From NCBI GenBank assembly GCA_003971905.1, contig RSEE01000008.1:62001-126000 (forward strand): a DNA stretch of 64,000 bases, in the 5' to 3' direction. Source of the DNA: Moniliella sp. 'wahieum'. Its lineage: Eukaryota. This document shows positions 60,093 to 64,000 of this stretch, piece by piece. The first letter of the stretch is position 1. Each line of letters begins with the position of its first letter. The position numbers and the translations under genes are program-made. The notes below the pieces were generated by a model. The model saw only the letters and a list, made by a program, of their open reading frames with translations. It had not been told where the DNA came from and did no database searches.

Positions 60093-60124
60093 TGACGCGT
60101 GAACGCGTGAACGTTGAACGTTCA
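60093..60124. repeat. TGA/TCA-N4 array upstream of SMC5
   Basis: TGA CGCG TGA ACGCG TGA ACGT TGA ACGT TCA. Confidence 0.85.
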
Positions 60125-60308
60125 ACTCTCCGCAGTACGTCGACCCGCCTAGGGTTACCCGTCGACGCGCGCCACACTGGCGCCGTGCCGCCTGCTCGAG
60201 GCGCCATGCGGGGGCGGGCGATGGCCAACGCATTCGCCACCCTCGCCTCCCACGCGCCCTCGCCGCCCTCGCCCACTACCATCGTCCTCTGTCCCCTCCC
60301 GCGCGGCC

Positions 60309-63300
60309 ATGTCTGCTGTCCGCCGCCAGGCACCCGTCGGCAGCGACCCATCTGCCCCCCGCAGCAAGCGCAAACGCCTCGCCACCGCTGCATCCGTCCC
60401 TGCCTCTCCCCCCCCCGGCAATGCGACACAGGAGGAGGAAGACGAAGACGAGGAGCACGACGGAGAGCAGAAGAAGAAGAGAAGACACAAGGGGACGAGT
60501 GGGACGAGTGGGACGATAACGATGACGAAAACGACGCTATCCCTCACTACGAAGAAGAGGACTTGGACGAGAATGGTGGGCCGAGCAGCGCGAAGCCAGT
60601 GCCGACGCGCAGAGAGCGTGATCCTGTGGATGAGTATGTTCCCTCCCTCCCCCCCTTCGCCCACCTTTGCCCTCCCGCCCTCGTGGCCAAGGCTTCGAGG
60701 TTCCCAGGCTGACATAGTCTGCGCAGGTACTTGCCCGGCTCGATTGTGCGGGTGAAGCTGCAGCATTTCGTCACGTACGATCATGTCGAGTTCCGCCCCG
60801 GTCCTTATCTCAACATGATCATCGGCCCCAATGGCACAGGCAAGAGTACCATCTCGTGTGCCATTGCGCTCTGTCTGGGATACAAGCCCTCGCTGCTGGG
60901 CCGTGCTACCGACGTGTCGTCCTTTGTCAAACAAGGCTACGAACAAGGCTACGCCGAGATCGAACTCAAGGGTCTGCCCGGCGAACGGAACGCGGTGGTG
61001 CGCCGCTACCTCTCCACAGGTAAACTGAGCGCCAGCAAGACCTTTTACCTCAACGGAAAGGCCGTGCCGGGCAAGACGATTGCTGAGTTGATGCACAGCC
61101 TCCACATTCAGATTGATAATCTCTGTTCCTTCCTTCCTCAGGACAAGGTGACCGAGTTTGCGCGCATGACACCGGCCAAGCTCTTGCTTGAGACAGAAAA
61201 GGCATCTACCGAAGGGGATGCGCTGGTGGTGCGTCATGGCCGACTGATTGAGCACTCGAAAAGCTTGCGTGCCCTTTTGGGCGACTTGCGGCGTGAGAAG
61301 GAAGAGTTGGCAGCGGTCATGGCCCAGACCAACCGACTGCAAGGCGATGCGGATCGGCACGAGCGCCGTCGTGCGTTGGAGCAGCGCGTCAAGGTGTTGC
61401 AGACTGCTCGGCGTTTTGCCCGCTTTGGCGAGGCCCAGCGCTTGTACAAGGCCGCAGACAAGCGCAAAAAAGCATCATGGCGCGCGTGCAGAAGTGGGAT
61501 GCACAGAGTCGGCCATTTCAGAATCTAGCGGAAACGGCCAAGGAGAAAGTGCAGAAGGCTACTCACCGCGTCACTGTGGCCGATGATGAGCGTAGCAAGG
61601 CGCTGAACACGATCCGCAAGCTTCAAGAAGAATATGACAATGCCGATGCGTCTCGGGAAAAGATGGAGATGGAATTGGAAAGTTTGGCGGACTCGGAGCG
61701 TCGTCGGTTGGAACGCATCGAGCAATTGAAGCTGACAATTGAAGAGCTCGAAGCCCGTACTGCCACCCCCACCTCCCGATGTCGATATGTCCCACATCAA
61801 TGCGGAGCGACAGCGGATTGACCAAGCTGTTGCGTCGCAGCGCCGGGACGAGTCGGATATCCAAGCGGAGATGGGCACGGTGCAGGTTGCCGACCGAAGG
61901 AACAAACAGGCCCAAGAGTATACCCAGAGTGCGATGGCCAAATTGAAAGACCAGGCTAACGTCAAGCTTGCTCATTTGCGCAATTCGGATGAGAACACGT
62001 ACAAGGCCCTTCTCTGGCTCCGGGAGCACGCACATGAGTTTGAGGGAAAAATCTACCCGCCAGTGATGATGGAAGTGGAGCTCAAACCTAACTACCGCCA
62101 CTTGGCCGACGCGGTCGAAATGCCAATCCGTTGGGCGACGCTCAAGACGTTTGTATGCGAACATCGGGCGGACTATGACAAACTTTCTGCCAAGCTCAAT
62201 GACGAGATGGGCTTGCGGGTGAACGTGGCTGAGATTGAAGGAGTCACAACAGAGGAAGTGCAGAGTAAAATGCCGCTCTCGCTTGCTGAGTTGCACAAAC
62301 TGGGATTTGATGGCTATGTGGTGGATTTCCTCTGTGGCCCCCAAACCGTCCTCAACTTTCTCTGCATGGCCGACAATTTGCACCAGATCCCGCTCGCCGA
62401 GCACGAAGGTACGTTCGACCGTGCCCGAACCGAACAACTCTTCACTCGTTTCATTGCCGGCGACACGCTGCAGAACATTAATCGCAGTCAATACGTTGGG
62501 CGTAACGGGCAGCGCATGGTACAGGTCTCGACACGCATTGTTTCGCCTGCACGCAACTTGGTGCACAGCATAGACACCGATTCCATCGAGCGACATGAGC
62601 GGGAGTTGGCGCAGCATCGCGAACAAGAGCAAGTGCTCCGTCAGCGCTGGGAAGAGTTACAGGCCAAGCACGAGACCATCCGAACCACTCTCCAATCGCT
62701 TAAAGTCGAACGCGAGGCAATCAACCAACAGCGCCACAAGCCGTCGAAGCCAAGCGAGCGTACGAGCAGGCAGTGATGGAACTCCAGAGCAAACGGTCCC
62801 AATTGCATCGCGAAACCCATGCGCCATCCCTCGAAGGCCAACGGGACAAACTTCGTGCCAAAGTGCAAACCTTTACCGATCGAATGGCAAGCTTGGCCGA
62901 AGACATCTCCTTCCGTCTGACTGTGCTGTTTAACATGATGCAAAATTCGACCGAGATGCGCTTGGCCAAGATACAGGCCCAAGCTGATGCCGAGCACTTT
63001 GCCACCATTGTTGCTGAGATTACCGAGGAGGCCCAATCGCTCATGGTGGAAATTTCCGAAGTACGAGCGGATATCAAAGCGGCCAAAAACGCTTCGAGGC
63101 GCCTGCTCGAAGAAGCACAACGGGAAATGGCAGAGTTGCCCGCCGAGTTGCAGGAACAACTCAAGTTGCTTCATGACGAAGGCTTGCCCTCGGTCGATGA
63201 GCTCACGGCCCAAATCACCGAAGCACGGATCGACCTGGAAAGTGCCCCGAGCGTGTCGGCCGACGTGTTGCGGCGGTACCAAGAAAAGCTGGCGCAACAA

Positions 63301-63938
63301 GAAGAGTTGCAAGCCAAGGTGGCTGCGCACGATGCGGATCGAGCCAGGTTGCAAAAGAAGGTGGACAAGTACCGTGCTGCGTGGGAGCCAGCGCTGGAAG
63401 CGCTGATTGAACGTGTCAACGATCGGTTTGCCGACGCGTTTGATCAGTTCCAATGTACGGGCGAAGTACGCCTGGCCAAGCCGCAGCCGCCGGGCGGGAC
63501 TGGGCCCGAAGCTGAACGCGCAGCAGAAGATGCTGCGTTGGCATTTGAGGATTACACGGTGGAAATTCGTGTCAAGTTCCGACAAGAAGAAGAGTTGCAG
63601 TTGCTCACTGCCGAGCGTCAGAGTGGAGGCGAACGTTCCTTGTCGACCATCTTGTACCTCATGAGTCTTACCGAACTCTCTGCCGCTCCCTTTAGCTTGG
63701 TGGACGAGATCAACCAGGGTATGGACCAACGTGCCGAACGCTTGGTCCACGATCATATGGTCCGTACCACTTGTCGTCAAGCTGCCGGACAGTACTTTCT
63801 CATCACGCCCAAGCTCCTTACGGGCTACGGTACGACGAGAAGATGCGCTTGTTGATCATCAATGCTGGGGACTATGTGCCGGAACGGTTTTCGTTCAAGG
63901 ATTATGCCACGCCCGCCCGAGCGACGATTACGGCGTGA
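60309..63938 (+). CDS. SMC5: Structural maintenance of chromosomes protein 5
   Basis: PGSIVRVKLQHFVTYD..PGPYLNMIIGPNGTGKSTI (Walker A), IQIDNLCSFLPQDKV (Q-loop), coiled coils and hinge, QSGGERS, DEINQGMD (Walker B), QYFLITPKLL; intron ~60634-60727; at least 4 frameshifts. Confidence 0.95.
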
Positions 63939-64000
63939 TCCGAGTGGCGGCCCTGGGGGCCAGATTGGAACAGATCCCATTTTTGTACCAAGTGACGGGG

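Overview
Eukaryotic, GC-rich, intron-containing fungal DNA. A basidiomycete, probably Ustilaginomycotina-like, is inferred from gene content and GTACGT/GTAAGC...CTAAC/CTGAC...YAG introns. Recognisable housekeeping genes: Sft2/Got1-like protein, sedolisin (S53) peptidase, Opi1-family regulator, Loa1/Vps66 acyltransferase, GATA factor, aldehyde dehydrogenase, Shq1, Mcr1 NADH-cytochrome b5 reductase, Gap1-like amino-acid permease, hexose-6-phosphate epimerase-like protein, CSC1/OSCA channel, WRN/EXD2-type exonuclease, Ubp6, glycogen synthase and Smc5. There are also three intron-containing tRNA-Val(AAC) genes. Almost every gene carries short frameshifting indels, which most likely reflect an unpolished long-read assembly, so CDS ends are approximate. 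Accessory material: a clean solo LTR with a 5-bp target-site duplication just upstream of a tRNA plus a diverged second copy, a 3' fragment of a CRE-like non-LTR retrotransposon, two paralogous degenerate NIMA/NEK-like kinase genes each near a tRNA-Val, and an orphan zinc-finger gene. The most unusual signal is a pervasive intergenic 7-bp-period pattern of TCA or TGA triplets separated by 4-bp, mostly palindromic spacers. At least 14 of the 16 possible palindromic 4-mers occur as spacers, and arrays switch spacer without losing register.
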